The position numbers and the translations under genes are program-made. The notes under the pieces are model-generated. The model was not told where the DNA came from. It saw only the letters and a program-made list of their open reading frames with translations, and made no database searches. DNA of 64,000 nucleotides, from positions 186,001-250,000 of IMG/VR virus record IMGVR_UViG_3300004151_000006; one strand, given 5' to 3'. This document shows positions 30,598 to 40,150 of this stretch, piece by piece (within the stretch, counting starts at the first letter, position 1; each line of letters starts with the position of its first letter).

Positions 30598-30598
30598 T

Positions 30599-33500
30599 AT
30601 GGAATCCCGTCAGATCGTCAAGCGTGATGGACGTATTGAATCTTGGTCCACACCTCGTATTGGTGATGCTATCTTTAAAGCATTCAAAGCTTCTGGTATC
30701 AAAGATCGAATGATGGCTGATAGACTCGCTAAGAAAGTAGCTGATAAAGTCTTTGAAGATGGTCGTGTCATGGTGGAACAAGAATTCGTACAGGATACAG
30801 TTGAATCTATTTTGATGAAATCGGGATTTGATGAAGTAGCTAGACGGTATATCATTTATCGTGAACAACGTAGAGCTATTCGATCAATGGATACTACATA
30901 CATGCTTGATAGTAAAGAAATTATTGATAGTTATTTAGATGAATCAGATTGGCGTGTAAATGAAAATGCTAATATTGGTATGAGTGTATCTGGTCTTATT
31001 CTTCATATGCAGGGTGAGATGCAGAAAAAATATGTACTCAATAGTGTATATACTAAAGAAATTCGAGAAGCACATATGAATGGGTATTTCCATATACATG
31101 ATTTATCATTCTCACTTGTCGCATACTGCTCAGGATGGTCATTTAGAGATCTCTTATTGGATGGATTTTCTATTAAAAATGCATGCGCTGCAGGACCTGC
31201 AAATCATTTTACTGCTGCACTCGGTCAGTGTGTGAATTTTCTTGGGACTTTACAAAATGAGTGGGCTGGTGCACAAGCATTAAACAATTTTGATACATAT
31301 CTTGCACCATTTATTCGACATGATGGTTTGGATTATGAACAAACTAAACAGGCTATTCAGAATTTTATTCACAGTATTAATACTACTTCTCGTTGGGGAG
31401 GACAATGTCCTTTCACCAATGTCACCATTGATGTAACTTGTCCTGAACATATGAAAAATGAACCCGTGATCATTGGTGGAAAATATCAAGAATCCACCTA
31501 TGGTGAATATCAAACTGAAATGAATATGTTCAATAATGCATTTGTTGAAATTTTAATGAAAGGTGATAATAATGGTTCAATTTTTTCATATCCTATTCCG
31601 ACGTATAATGTTACTAAAGATTTTCCTTGGGAAAGTGAAGTGGTGACCAATGTATTGGGTATGACTGCTAAATACGGTATTCCTTATTTTCAGAATTTTA
31701 TCAATAGTGATCTTGATCCTAAGGATATTCGTAGTATGTGTCCTCTCACTGGTGATACTAAGGTACTAGTCCGATCTACACGTAATTTTACACAAACTGC
31801 GGACATTAAAACAATTTATGAAAGGAGTGTTAAAAATAATTTAGTTTATGAAGTTTGGACACCCGAAGGTTGGTCCTTTGCACGTCCAGTAAAAATGCCC
31901 ATGACAGATGTGTATGAAATTACTCTCAGTAATGGTAGTACAATTAAAATGGGTGAAAATCATCTTCAGCCGGTGCGTGGAATAAATCAACTGGAGATCT
32001 TGTCGGCAAAAGATCTTAAAATGGATATGTGGATTCCGTATAATAAAGATGTAATTCCGAATTATGGCTTAGGAAATTATAGTCTTGGATATGCAGTTGG
32101 TGCTTATCTTGGTGATGGTTCGCTTACCTCTAAAGGTATTCTTTATTCCTTGAATCAAACTACTAAATTAAAGACCGCTTATGAATTGGCTGAAATTTGG
32201 GCATTCTTTGGTTTTAGTTCTAAATTGATTCCTTCTACTGATGGTGAATTGTTAACACTTAGAATTAATGGCCGTCCATGGGATTTAATTTCTGATTATG
32301 TTGGTGGAGATGGTGCTATAACAAAATATATTTCAGATGCAGTGTTTGATACTACTGAAGAATTTAAATTTGGACTTATTGATGGTCTAATGGATACCGA
32401 TGGATCTCGTGAAAAGAAACGTTTATATACTTCTTCTTTGGAACTTGTCAATACACTTAAAACACTCTTTACTCAGCTGGGAAAAAAATGTCGACTGTGT
32501 TCAGTGGATACTCGTGATGGTAGGCTGGGAACTGCGCCAAATTATTGTTTGAGTTTTACAGATAGAACTAGTTATGGTAATATGTTTAATGAAGATTCTG
32601 AATACAATTATTATTCAATTGTTAAAATTGAAAATTTAGGAAAACTTAATAATGAAGAATTGTATTGTTTTGAAGTGGCAAATGCTGATAACTTATTTAT
32701 GTTGGCTGACGGTATGATTACACACAACTGTCGATTGTCTCTTAACCTCAATGAAATTCGTAAGAAGACTGGTGGGTTATTTGGTGCTGGAGATCTGACT
32801 GGTTCAGTTGGTGTAACAACTCTCAATCTTTCTAAATTGGCATATCTTGCTCAAGATGAAAATGAATTTATGGATCTCATTACTGAATATGCTGATTTGG
32901 CTAAAGAATCTCTTGAGATTAAACGTAAATTTGTGAATAAACAATTAGAGTCTGGTCAGATGCCTTGGACTAAGAAATATCTTAAAAATGGATATGGTGG
33001 ACATTTTTCAACTATTGGCATTAATGCTGGACACGAAGCATGCATGAATCTTATTGGTAAAGGCATTGAAACTAAAGAAGGTACTGAACTCATGGTTCGA
33101 GTATTACAGCATCTTAATATACTTACCAAACAGTATCAAGAAGAAACTGGTAATCTCTATAATCTCGAGGCTGCACCTGCAGAAGGAGTAAGCTATCGAT
33201 TGGCTAAACTTGATAGAGAACTTTATGGTAAAAATATTTATATCAGTGGTAATGAAGAAACGCCATACTACACTAATTCTACAAATCTCCCCGTGAACCA
33301 CACCTCTGATGTATTTGAAGCATTGGAACATCAAGATAAATTACAACCTTTATATTCGGGTGGGACAGTTTTTCATTCCTTTTTTGGAGAAGCTATGCCC
33401 GATGTAGAATCAGTAAAAAACTTTCTAATCAAAGCTATGTCTATGACTAAGATTCCATATATTTCTATTACACCCACTTTTAGTATTTGTCCTGAACATA

Positions 33501-33709
33501 AATATATATCTGGTGAACATTTTGAATGTCCCAAATGTGGGTGTGAGACTAGCGTATATTCAAGAATCGTTGGCTATTTCAGAAGTATTTCTCGTTGGAA
33601 TGTTGGAAAAAAACAAGAATTCAAAGAAAGAAAAACATATGATATTGATTATACTGAGTTGAATTCTGAAATGAAAAATAGCACAGTCAACGAAAAGTTG
33701 GAAGTCTAA
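30599..33709 (+). CDS. nrdD: Class III ribonucleoside-triphosphate reductase with ATP cone, interrupted by an intein
   Basis: VKRDG ATP cone, HIHDL, QNEWAGAQA, RSMC[intein]CRL, YYTNS, CPEH...CPKC Zn site, glycyl-radical loop YSRIVGYF. Confidence 0.95.
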   Translation: MESRQIVKRDGRIESWSTPRIGDAIFKAFKASGIKDRMMADRLAKKVADKVFEDGRVMVEQEFVQDTVESILMKSGFDEVARRYIIYREQRRAIRSMDTTYMLDSKEIIDSYLDESDWRVNENANIGMSVSGLILHMQGEMQKKYVLNSVYTKEIREAHMNGYFHIHDLSFSLVAYCSGWSFRDLLLDGFSIKNACAAGPANHFTAALGQCVNFLGTLQNEWAGAQALNNFDTYLAPFIRHDGLDYEQTKQAIQNFIHSINTTSRWGGQCPFTNVTIDVTCPEHMKNEPVIIGGKYQESTYGEYQTEMNMFNNAFVEILMKGDNNGSIFSYPIPTYNVTKDFPWESEVVTNVLGMTAKYGIPYFQNFINSDLDPKDIRSMCPLTGDTKVLVRSTRNFTQTADIKTIYERSVKNNLVYEVWTPEGWSFARPVKMPMTDVYEITLSNGSTIKMGENHLQPVRGINQLEILSAKDLKMDMWIPYNKDVIPNYGLGNYSLGYAVGAYLGDGSLTSKGILYSLNQTTKLKTAYELAEIWAFFGFSSKLIPSTDGELLTLRINGRPWDLISDYVGGDGAITKYISDAVFDTTEEFKFGLIDGLMDTDGSREKKRLYTSSLELVNTLKTLFTQLGKKCRLCSVDTRDGRLGTAPNYCLSFTDRTSYGNMFNEDSEYNYYSIVKIENLGKLNNEELYCFEVANADNLFMLADGMITHNCRLSLNLNEIRKKTGGLFGAGDLTGSVGVTTLNLSKLAYLAQDENEFMDLITEYADLAKESLEIKRKFVNKQLESGQMPWTKKYLKNGYGGHFSTIGINAGHEACMNLIGKGIETKEGTELMVRVLQHLNILTKQYQEETGNLYNLEAAPAEGVSYRLAKLDRELYGKNIYISGNEETPYYTNSTNLPVNHTSDVFEALEHQDKLQPLYSGGTVFHSFFGEAMPDVESVKNFLIKAMSMTKIPYISITPTFSICPEHKYISGEHFECPKCGCETSVYSRIVGYFRSISRWNVGKKQEFKERKTYDIDYTELNSEMKNSTVNEKLEV
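31742..32728 (+). mobile_element. Intein with LAGLIDADG homing endonuclease in NrdD (start 31742 Pro or 31739 Cys)
   Basis: (C)PLTGDTKV block A, ENH block B, GAYLGDGS and GLMDTDGS LAGLIDADG motifs, YCFEV block F, ITHN|C splice junction. Confidence 0.9.
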
Positions 33710-33713
33710 TATA

Positions 33714-33743
33714 GAGTGGGGTGGGCAGTGGCCCACCCCACTC
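33714..33743. terminator. 13-bp stem hairpin after nrdD
   Basis: GAGTGGGGTGGGC-AGTG-GCCCACCCCACTC followed by ATTTACTTTTT. Confidence 0.7.
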
Positions 33744-33752
33744 CATTTACTT

Positions 33753-33768
33753 TTTAAACATATATTAT
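33753..33768 (+). promoter_or_regulatory. Putative early (vRNAP) promoter
   Basis: TTTAAACATATATTAT; same motif recurs upstream of many genes and resembles the phiKZ early core TATATTAC. Confidence 0.5.
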
Positions 33769-33803
33769 TTTAATGTATCCATAACTAAAATTCCTGGAGG
33801 AAT

Positions 33804-35312
33804 TTGTATATGCGGGCTATTTATAATGAAGATATGGATTTCTTTGATAAATCCATATCTGATGAACAGTGGTTTCTCAATAAAATTTTAGAAGGAAGAT
33901 TTGAATTATTAGAAAATGATACGGTGATCTATGATAAAGTAAGAAATACTCACAGAAAACCTGGAATAAAACATAATGGTGATACTCCATCCGTCCGGTA
34001 TAAAGTGTATGATATTAAAATTGCATCCCCACAACGTGGTAAGAGATCAATTTATCTTCATAAATTTGTATTTATATTTTATACAAAAAATATAGTACTA
34101 AAAAATACTTATTTAAAGTTTAAAGATGGGAATATTGGGAATACAAGTTTTGATAATTTGGAATTAGTATATAAACGAAAAGAAAATGATGATTTTTATA
34201 ATGATGAAATTTCTGCAAAGCAATGGTTTTATTCTGAAATTATAAAAGATCGTTTTGTATTATCTGAAAATGATACTAAAATATACGATAAGGTGCGAGA
34301 TAAATATGTCATACCTGGAGAATTTTCAATTTATTATAAAGACAATAAACGCAAAAAGAATTATCTTCGGTATTGCGTTGATTCTAGTATTCCGTATTAT
34401 AAAGAACGGTATATTCAATTGCATCAATTCGTTTGGATGTATTATCATAAACAATTGATACCTGAAGGACATGAGGTACACCATAAAGACGAAGATAAAC
34501 ACAATAATTGGCATGGAAATTTAGAACTGATATCTAATTTTGACCACATGCGACATCACAACAACAGTACAGAACGTCGACAAAAATTGACATCTCCTGA
34601 AAGTATAGCTCGACAAGTGAAACATAGACTATTATATCGAATGTTAAAACATAAGTATTGTTTTTCTGAAAAGAAGCTTTGTAGTAAGTGTAAAAGGTTA
34701 TTACCATTTATACGTTTTGATAAAGCAAACGAACAAAATTATATTTTAAAGTTAGAATCACTATGTAAAGAATGTAAATATATTTTATATGGGGACAATA
34801 AAAAGAACATAGACCGCTATCAATTCCCATCCGGGGTTTTATCAGATAAAATTGTTCTTGATATAAGATTTTTATTTAACATTGTAAATCAATCTTTCTA
34901 TCTTGTACAAAAGAAGTATCCTAACATTTCTAAACAAGATCTTAAAGATATCATTCTAGGTAATACATACACTCACATAGATACACTTCATGGTATCCAC
35001 GATACTCCTTATAGAAATGAAAAATATATCAATCAAATTGAACACTGTCATATACAACATGCATACAAACAGGCTGATTTCACTCCAGAAGAGTTATCCA
35101 AGATCTATGGAAGATCATTAAATGAAATTATCTATGTACTTACCGTAGGAAGGTATAGACCAGAAATAGAAATGGTAATGGATGTGCAGAAGTATGTGAA
35201 ACTATATAACGGGATATATACACAGCGTGAAGAATATATAATTGATTTCAATAAACTCAAGGAACGTGATATTAGTATCCCCACCAATGTGGTAGCTGGT
35301 GAATTAGTTTAA
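33804..35312 (+). CDS. Free-standing HNH homing endonuclease with two HNH-like modules
   Basis: LHKFVF...FKDGNIGNTSFDNLEL and LHQFVW...VHHKDEDKHNNWHGNLEL; CSKC/CKEC Zn pairs. Confidence 0.75.
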   Translation: MYMRAIYNEDMDFFDKSISDEQWFLNKILEGRFELLENDTVIYDKVRNTHRKPGIKHNGDTPSVRYKVYDIKIASPQRGKRSIYLHKFVFIFYTKNIVLKNTYLKFKDGNIGNTSFDNLELVYKRKENDDFYNDEISAKQWFYSEIIKDRFVLSENDTKIYDKVRDKYVIPGEFSIYYKDNKRKKNYLRYCVDSSIPYYKERYIQLHQFVWMYYHKQLIPEGHEVHHKDEDKHNNWHGNLELISNFDHMRHHNNSTERRQKLTSPESIARQVKHRLLYRMLKHKYCFSEKKLCSKCKRLLPFIRFDKANEQNYILKLESLCKECKYILYGDNKKNIDRYQFPSGVLSDKIVLDIRFLFNIVNQSFYLVQKKYPNISKQDLKDIILGNTYTHIDTLHGIHDTPYRNEKYINQIEHCHIQHAYKQADFTPEELSKIYGRSLNEIIYVLTVGRYRPEIEMVMDVQKYVKLYNGIYTQREEYIIDFNKLKERDISIPTNVVAGELV

Positions 35313-35328
35313 GTATAATAGTATTACT

Positions 35329-35364
35329 ACTATCACACACCCGGATATCCGGGTGTGTGATAGT
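35329..35364. terminator. Perfect 36-bp palindrome
   Basis: ACTATCACACACCCGGAT|ATCCGGGTGTGTGATAGT. Confidence 0.65.
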
Positions 35365-35435
35365 CCCTAATGCTGTTCATTATCATTTAAAAAATATATT
35401 AGTCATTTGTTGGGTACTAAATTTTCAACTCAGAG

Positions 35436-36044
35436 GTGGGGTGTATGTCATTGAGTAAGTTAACTAGAGATTGGTTATGGTCTATGTTTATTGCAAGAAT
35501 ATTCTTTGCCTATTCATATACCATTTCTACGGTGTATCTTTGGAATCATTTGGAGTCTAAACATAACGCAGTAGCTGGTATATTGGCTGCAGGATTTGGT
35601 ACTGTTGCATCACAATTTTGTTTAAATGGTCGCATCCGGACATGTATCCTAAAACATGGGATATCACTCTTACTGATAATAACAGCCATTGATGCTGGAA
35701 CAGAATTGTTCTTATTGGTGAGTCCATTTACTAAGTTGATTGGGGATGTGATAGCTGGGCCATTTACATATCAGATCCTCAAGATGTTGGTGTTGGAACG
35801 TAAAAATGTTATCTATCAAAATCCTGAAGATCGTATCTTGTTTGATGTAAAATTTGATAAATACACCAATTTGGCCTTGGTGGTTGGATGTGTTGGGGTA
35901 TTGTGTTATTCTCCAGATATTGAAGTAGTGGTAGGTATCTCTGTGTTAGCAAATGTGCTACAATTTGGGTTAATGGTTTGGAGATTTAAACTATGTGATA
36001 GATACATGTGTCACCATGGATTGGAATTTGCCATAACACGGTAG
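35436..36044 (+). CDS. Hypothetical multi-pass membrane protein (half-MFS-like, 5-6 TM)
   Basis: Alternating hydrophobic segments over about 200 aa. Confidence 0.6.
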   Translation: MGCMSLSKLTRDWLWSMFIARIFFAYSYTISTVYLWNHLESKHNAVAGILAAGFGTVASQFCLNGRIRTCILKHGISLLLIITAIDAGTELFLLVSPFTKLIGDVIAGPFTYQILKMLVLERKNVIYQNPEDRILFDVKFDKYTNLALVVGCVGVLCYSPDIEVVVGISVLANVLQFGLMVWRFKLCDRYMCHHGLEFAITR

Positions 36045-36052
36045 ATGATGTG

Positions 36053-36078
36053 GTGGGTGGGGGATATCCCCCACCCAC
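36053..36078. terminator. Perfect 26-bp palindrome
   Basis: GTGGGTGGGGGAT|ATCCCCCACCCAC; T-rich run downstream. Confidence 0.65.
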
Positions 36079-36197
36079 AATGATGGGGTATTTATTTTTT
36101 TTTATAATGCCGATTGCATAACTAATCTATTTAGTTTATAGTCTGAAATTATATATGTCCTAAATCTAATATAGTCCAAATGATATGGGAGGACATC

Positions 36198-36560
36198 ATG
36201 ATTAGATTTATATTCAGATTGCATATAAGATGTAATAATCAATGCTTGATAGTGGAAGATACATTGGAAGAATTTTGTAAAGCATATTTAAATCATACTG
36301 ATGAATCATTAAAAGAATATAAAGAAAAACATTGGACTGATTTTGGACAAAGCCTGTTCAATGATTTTATTTTAAAGTTAAGAACAAACAATGGAATGTA
36401 TACTGGATCTCAATCTCATCACTTAAAGGTATATCATTTAGAATTATTCACTATTAGACAATATGAAGAATATCGACTTAACAAGATTGCTGAAGAATTT
36501 ATACCACCAACCAATGTTTCAAAATTGTGGGATGATGCACCCACACAGGAGGAATCATAA
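36198..36560 (+). CDS. Hypothetical protein
   Basis: GGGAGG RBS before ATG 36198. Confidence 0.7.
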   Translation: MIRFIFRLHIRCNNQCLIVEDTLEEFCKAYLNHTDESLKEYKEKHWTDFGQSLFNDFILKLRTNNGMYTGSQSHHLKVYHLELFTIRQYEEYRLNKIAEEFIPPTNVSKLWDDAPTQEES

Positions 36561-37051
36561 TGACTACAGATAAACATCCCACAGTCCAAATGTTTGAAAC
36601 ATCTGATGCTACTATGACCAATGCACCCAATGGGTATCTCATCATCCGTGAAAAAGAAAGCGGTAGTCTCACTGTACAGTGGTTTAATCCTGGTACTGAA
36701 AAAGAATTGTTTCAGATGATGAAAGAAGAAGTATTGAAACATATTAAAAAGGGTAATCGTATCTTGTCTGGTGGAAAATATCAAATTTGGGGTGTAGCCA
36801 CTAAGAGTTTTAAAATGTATAATCTCAATTTAAATGTCCCCAGTGGGATTGTTCCAATTGATCATAGTGTTAATCTTATTCCTAAGAAAGATGATATCTT
36901 GAAATTGAATCAACATGTTGGTGACATTATACGGAATAATGTATTCAGTAGCAATGATGAAGATTTTCAATCAGACCTCGATACTTTGAAAGTGATCATT
37001 GATAATCACCAAAAAGATGCTAAATTTATGATAGGTCTGTCGGAAGAATAA
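36560..37051 (+). CDS. Hypothetical protein, 163 aa
   Basis: TAATG coupling with the upstream stop; GGAGG RBS. Confidence 0.7.
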   Translation: MTTDKHPTVQMFETSDATMTNAPNGYLIIREKESGSLTVQWFNPGTEKELFQMMKEEVLKHIKKGNRILSGGKYQIWGVATKSFKMYNLNLNVPSGIVPIDHSVNLIPKKDDILKLNQHVGDIIRNNVFSSNDEDFQSDLDTLKVIIDNHQKDAKFMIGLSEE

Positions 37052-37055
37052 ATCT

Positions 37056-37787
37056 ATGATATTAACAAATCTTACAAAAAATCCATGTATTCAATGTGAT
37101 CATTGGAAACGTACGAAATATAATAAAGGTATTAGTATATCAGAATTTGGATCATGTGCTTCAAATAGAGTGATCAATCTTACTAAAGATGCGGATATAA
37201 AAGATATTTTTGCTCCAGGATCATTGCAGTATATCGGTATCTCTTCAGATAACGATTGTGAAGTATTGCTTCGTACTCATGCATGGTTTGGTTGTAGTAA
37301 TTATGGGCTTATCAATGGTGATGAAAATAGAAATATGATTAATTGTGTTACTAGATACCCGAGACTGTTTGAAGATAGCATCATTAAACGTGAATTGTTA
37401 AATGGTGTGATGTATAAGTATCTTTATGCTGAAAAGAATAGAGCTGTAGTAAATTTTCAAGATAATGTGGTCATTGAATTTCATGTCCTGAAAGAAGATT
37501 GTGGTCCAAAAGAATATGAATTATTTTTAAAGATGCTTGATGAATGGAAACAAGCCACACATATCTTTACACCAGAAGAATTGAATAATGAAGAAAATAT
37601 AGAACAAGAAAAAAATAGACCATACAACACCATGGGTTTATCGTATTTTATTAAACATATTGCAGAACCCAAATATGCCTTAGATATATATGATCTTAAA
37701 CTTACAGAATACTATCTAGAAAGTAAGTACAATCAGCAACTCCTTTTTGTACGGCTTGAAGGTATCTTTGGTGGATGCAATTCGTGA
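37056..37787 (+). CDS. Hypothetical protein with N-terminal Cys cluster, 243 aa
   Basis: CIQCDHW...GSC N-terminus; ORF in operon. Confidence 0.7.
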   Translation: MILTNLTKNPCIQCDHWKRTKYNKGISISEFGSCASNRVINLTKDADIKDIFAPGSLQYIGISSDNDCEVLLRTHAWFGCSNYGLINGDENRNMINCVTRYPRLFEDSIIKRELLNGVMYKYLYAEKNRAVVNFQDNVVIEFHVLKEDCGPKEYELFLKMLDEWKQATHIFTPEELNNEENIEQEKNRPYNTMGLSYFIKHIAEPKYALDIYDLKLTEYYLESKYNQQLLFVRLEGIFGGCNS

Positions 37788-37791
37788 TAGG

Positions 37792-37817
37792 TGGGTGTAC
37801 CCCATGGGGTACACCCA
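37792..37817. terminator. Perfect 26-bp palindrome
   Basis: TGGGTGTACCCCA|TGGGGTACACCCA. Confidence 0.65.
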
Positions 37818-37825
37818 TCATCATG

Positions 37826-37840
37826 TTAAATATATATTAC
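37826..37840 (+). promoter_or_regulatory. Putative early promoter
   Basis: TTAAATATATATTAC contains an exact TATATTAC. Confidence 0.55.
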
Positions 37841-37884
37841 TTTTATGAATCAGTAATTTATTTCAACTCTATGGAGGAAAGACT

Positions 37885-38262
37885 ATGGTTAATCAAGAAG
37901 AGAATGTGTTGAGTCCGGATGAACAATATAGAAAAGATATTATCACCTTTGTTAAATTATTATGTGATCAGAAAAAATTACTTACTTTTAATTTTACATA
38001 TACCCTTGGTGTGGATGATTCTAATGTAAATGAAATTTTAGAATTTGTTTCTAAGGTACCAGATTCACTTAAAGAAATGTTTCAGATTGATATCTTAGAA
38101 GAAAATTGTCACAAAAGAAAAAAAGATGATGTGGATATTCATACAGGACAATGGTGCATGGCCAATATGGAGACACTTTTTAACTATGTGAGTAAGTGTC
38201 AACAGGAAATGAATGATACAATTATTGCTATGTTAGAAACTATTGCTGTGGAACATAGGTGA
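37885..38262 (+). CDS. Hypothetical protein, 125 aa
   Basis: GGAGG RBS. Confidence 0.7.
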   Translation: MVNQEENVLSPDEQYRKDIITFVKLLCDQKKLLTFNFTYTLGVDDSNVNEILEFVSKVPDSLKEMFQIDILEENCHKRKKDDVDIHTGQWCMANMETLFNYVSKCQQEMNDTIIAMLETIAVEHR

Positions 38263-38297
38263 TCTAAACTTAAAGTTGTTCATTAAAGGAGAACCCC

Positions 38298-38687
38298 ATG
38301 GCAGAACAACTTATCGTTCGATTGACTGGTATCATTGACGATAGTGCAGTGGTGCTGGACTTTACTATTGAAGATCTATTAAAACGTATGTGTGAATTTA
38401 CTGATGATTATATTCTTGAATCAAAAGCTGAGCATGATGATGGTTGGAATATGTTAGCCACTCTTACACTATGCAATGGTTTTAAAAAGAGACCATTGAT
38501 GGTACTAAGTCACAGACATATACCAGATCCAATTCCATCTGATCAAGTGGGTGAATATGTTAAAAATTTCTTTATTTATGAACTGCTGATGTTTATCCAT
38601 GATGAATCTGAAGAATCTTTACGTAAAGATGATATATGGTGTATTGTACGATTCCCGCATCATAAGGAGAATCCATATGTCCAATAA
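38298..38687 (+). CDS. Hypothetical protein, 129 aa
   Basis: AAGGAG RBS. Confidence 0.7.
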   Translation: MAEQLIVRLTGIIDDSAVVLDFTIEDLLKRMCEFTDDYILESKAEHDDGWNMLATLTLCNGFKKRPLMVLSHRHIPDPIPSDQVGEYVKNFFIYELLMFIHDESEESLRKDDIWCIVRFPHHKENPYVQ

Positions 38688-39222
38688 AAGACATCTCATG
38701 CTTAGAGATAGAGCTGTTGGTAATAGCTTTGCTTTAGTATATTCTGCATCAGTAGATAAACATAAAAGTGATTATGAATTTTATTGTGCTGCACAAGAAG
38801 AATTGGAAATGATGAGAAAGTTTCCGACTGTAGTCACTTGTATGTTTACAACAAAGATAATGAGCTTATGTGAAGAAGCTCCAGATACTCCATGGAAAAA
38901 ATATACTCAAGGTATGCGTGAACACTTTATCATTTATCCCGATGTAAAGACTATTCATGTTTTTGATAATATTGGATATCATAAAGATTGGTTTAGTGAT
39001 ATCACAAAATGTATTTATACTTTGAATAAAAATGGCATTGCTTATTATGTTGATTATTTGGATTGTCCAAATTACATTGATGAGTTACAAGAACGTTTTC
39101 ATATTCTAGATAACTATTTTGAATCTTTAGAAGCTAGATGGAGTGATGTGCATGATCCCTGTGACTTGAGTGATAAGTTTGAAGTATCTGATATTCAACG
39201 TATCTTAGGTGAAATAGAATGA
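38677..39222 (+). CDS. Hypothetical protein
   Basis: AAGGAG RBS before ATG 38677. Confidence 0.7.
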   Translation: MSNKRHLMLRDRAVGNSFALVYSASVDKHKSDYEFYCAAQEELEMMRKFPTVVTCMFTTKIMSLCEEAPDTPWKKYTQGMREHFIIYPDVKTIHVFDNIGYHKDWFSDITKCIYTLNKNGIAYYVDYLDCPNYIDELQERFHILDNYFESLEARWSDVHDPCDLSDKFEVSDIQRILGEIE

Positions 39223-39683
39223 ATAATAATGATACACATAGTGAAATGGTTCCAGCATATTGGGATAATTTATATGATACACTCTTTAGACCTAAGATAT
39301 TAGAAGTCTATCATGATTGTTGTGAAGAACTTGAATTGGAGATCTTTCCAAGTGAAATATGCAAAAAGTTAAATGATACCATGAAATTATTAGAATATAC
39401 TGCAGTACTTGGGATTGCTACATATCTAGATAGAATGGATAAACAAATAAAATATACTAAAGATATTAATTTCATCATGCCTGGTTGGTTATCATTTATT
39501 GGTGCTACAAATAAAGAAGATTATCCATCAAATACATATATCCTTTCAATAAATATTGTGAGTAAAGATATGCTAGAACATATATTTGTAACTGTGAGTA
39601 TGGAATTTTATAAAGGTAGATCTGATGGTATGATGGAATTAGTCACCACACTTTATGAAGTTGTACCAGAATACGTCCAATAG
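39219..39683 (+). CDS. Hypothetical protein, 154 aa
   Basis: ATGA coupling with the upstream gene. Confidence 0.7.
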   Translation: MNNNDTHSEMVPAYWDNLYDTLFRPKILEVYHDCCEELELEIFPSEICKKLNDTMKLLEYTAVLGIATYLDRMDKQIKYTKDINFIMPGWLSFIGATNKEDYPSNTYILSINIVSKDMLEHIFVTVSMEFYKGRSDGMMELVTTLYEVVPEYVQ

Positions 39684-39704
39684 AATTTAAAAGTTAATAT
39701 CAAT

Positions 39705-39905
39705 ATGTCCAATTCAACAGCAAGTCAAATTAATTTATCTGGAGTGAATACTGATTTTGATGGAGATGAAATACTTTACATTAAAATACAAAAACCACGT
39801 AAATGGTTATCTGGTAAAGAAAATAAACGTATCCATAATAAAATTACTAAACGTGGTCGTCCATTTAATATTAAAAATATAAATAGATTTCCAAAGTTAA
39901 ATTAA
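39705..39905 (+). CDS. 66-aa ORF carrying the RNAP catalytic motif NTDFDGDE followed by a basic tail
   Basis: Motif encoded at 39747-39770; weak RBS. Confidence 0.45.
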   Translation: MSNSTASQINLSGVNTDFDGDEILYIKIQKPRKWLSGKENKRIHNKITKRGRPFNIKNINRFPKLN

Positions 39906-39913
39906 TGGATAGG

Positions 39914-39942
39914 AGGAGGACCACCATAATGGTGGTCCTCCT
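39914..39942. terminator. 14-bp stem hairpin
   Basis: AGGAGGACCACCAT-A-ATGGTGGTCCTCCT; T-rich run downstream. Confidence 0.65.
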
Positions 39943-40150
39943 ATCTACTTTATATTTTTTAATAAAAGTACGACATTCATTACGCTATAAATATATATCA
40001 TCTATGCGAAGACACATAGATGATGATGTCTCGGGGACTCGACATGATCATTTGTGTGAATCAAATCGAATATCATCACATGGTGTGATGAATACGATGG
40101 GTCATATAACCCAAATACTTTTAGTCTTAAACTTTCTCAGGAGTATACTC

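Noticed and set aside
39681-39707. TAG recoding (genetic code 15) suggested by the in-frame mini-ORF
   Set aside because: Conserved genes end cleanly at TAG before the next gene (for example 3041, 30597), and long genes are intact under the standard code.
39905-40150. N-terminal 82-aa extension of the protease ORF
   Set aside because: It overlaps a hairpin and promoter-like motif; the RBS and signal peptide indicate a start at 40151.
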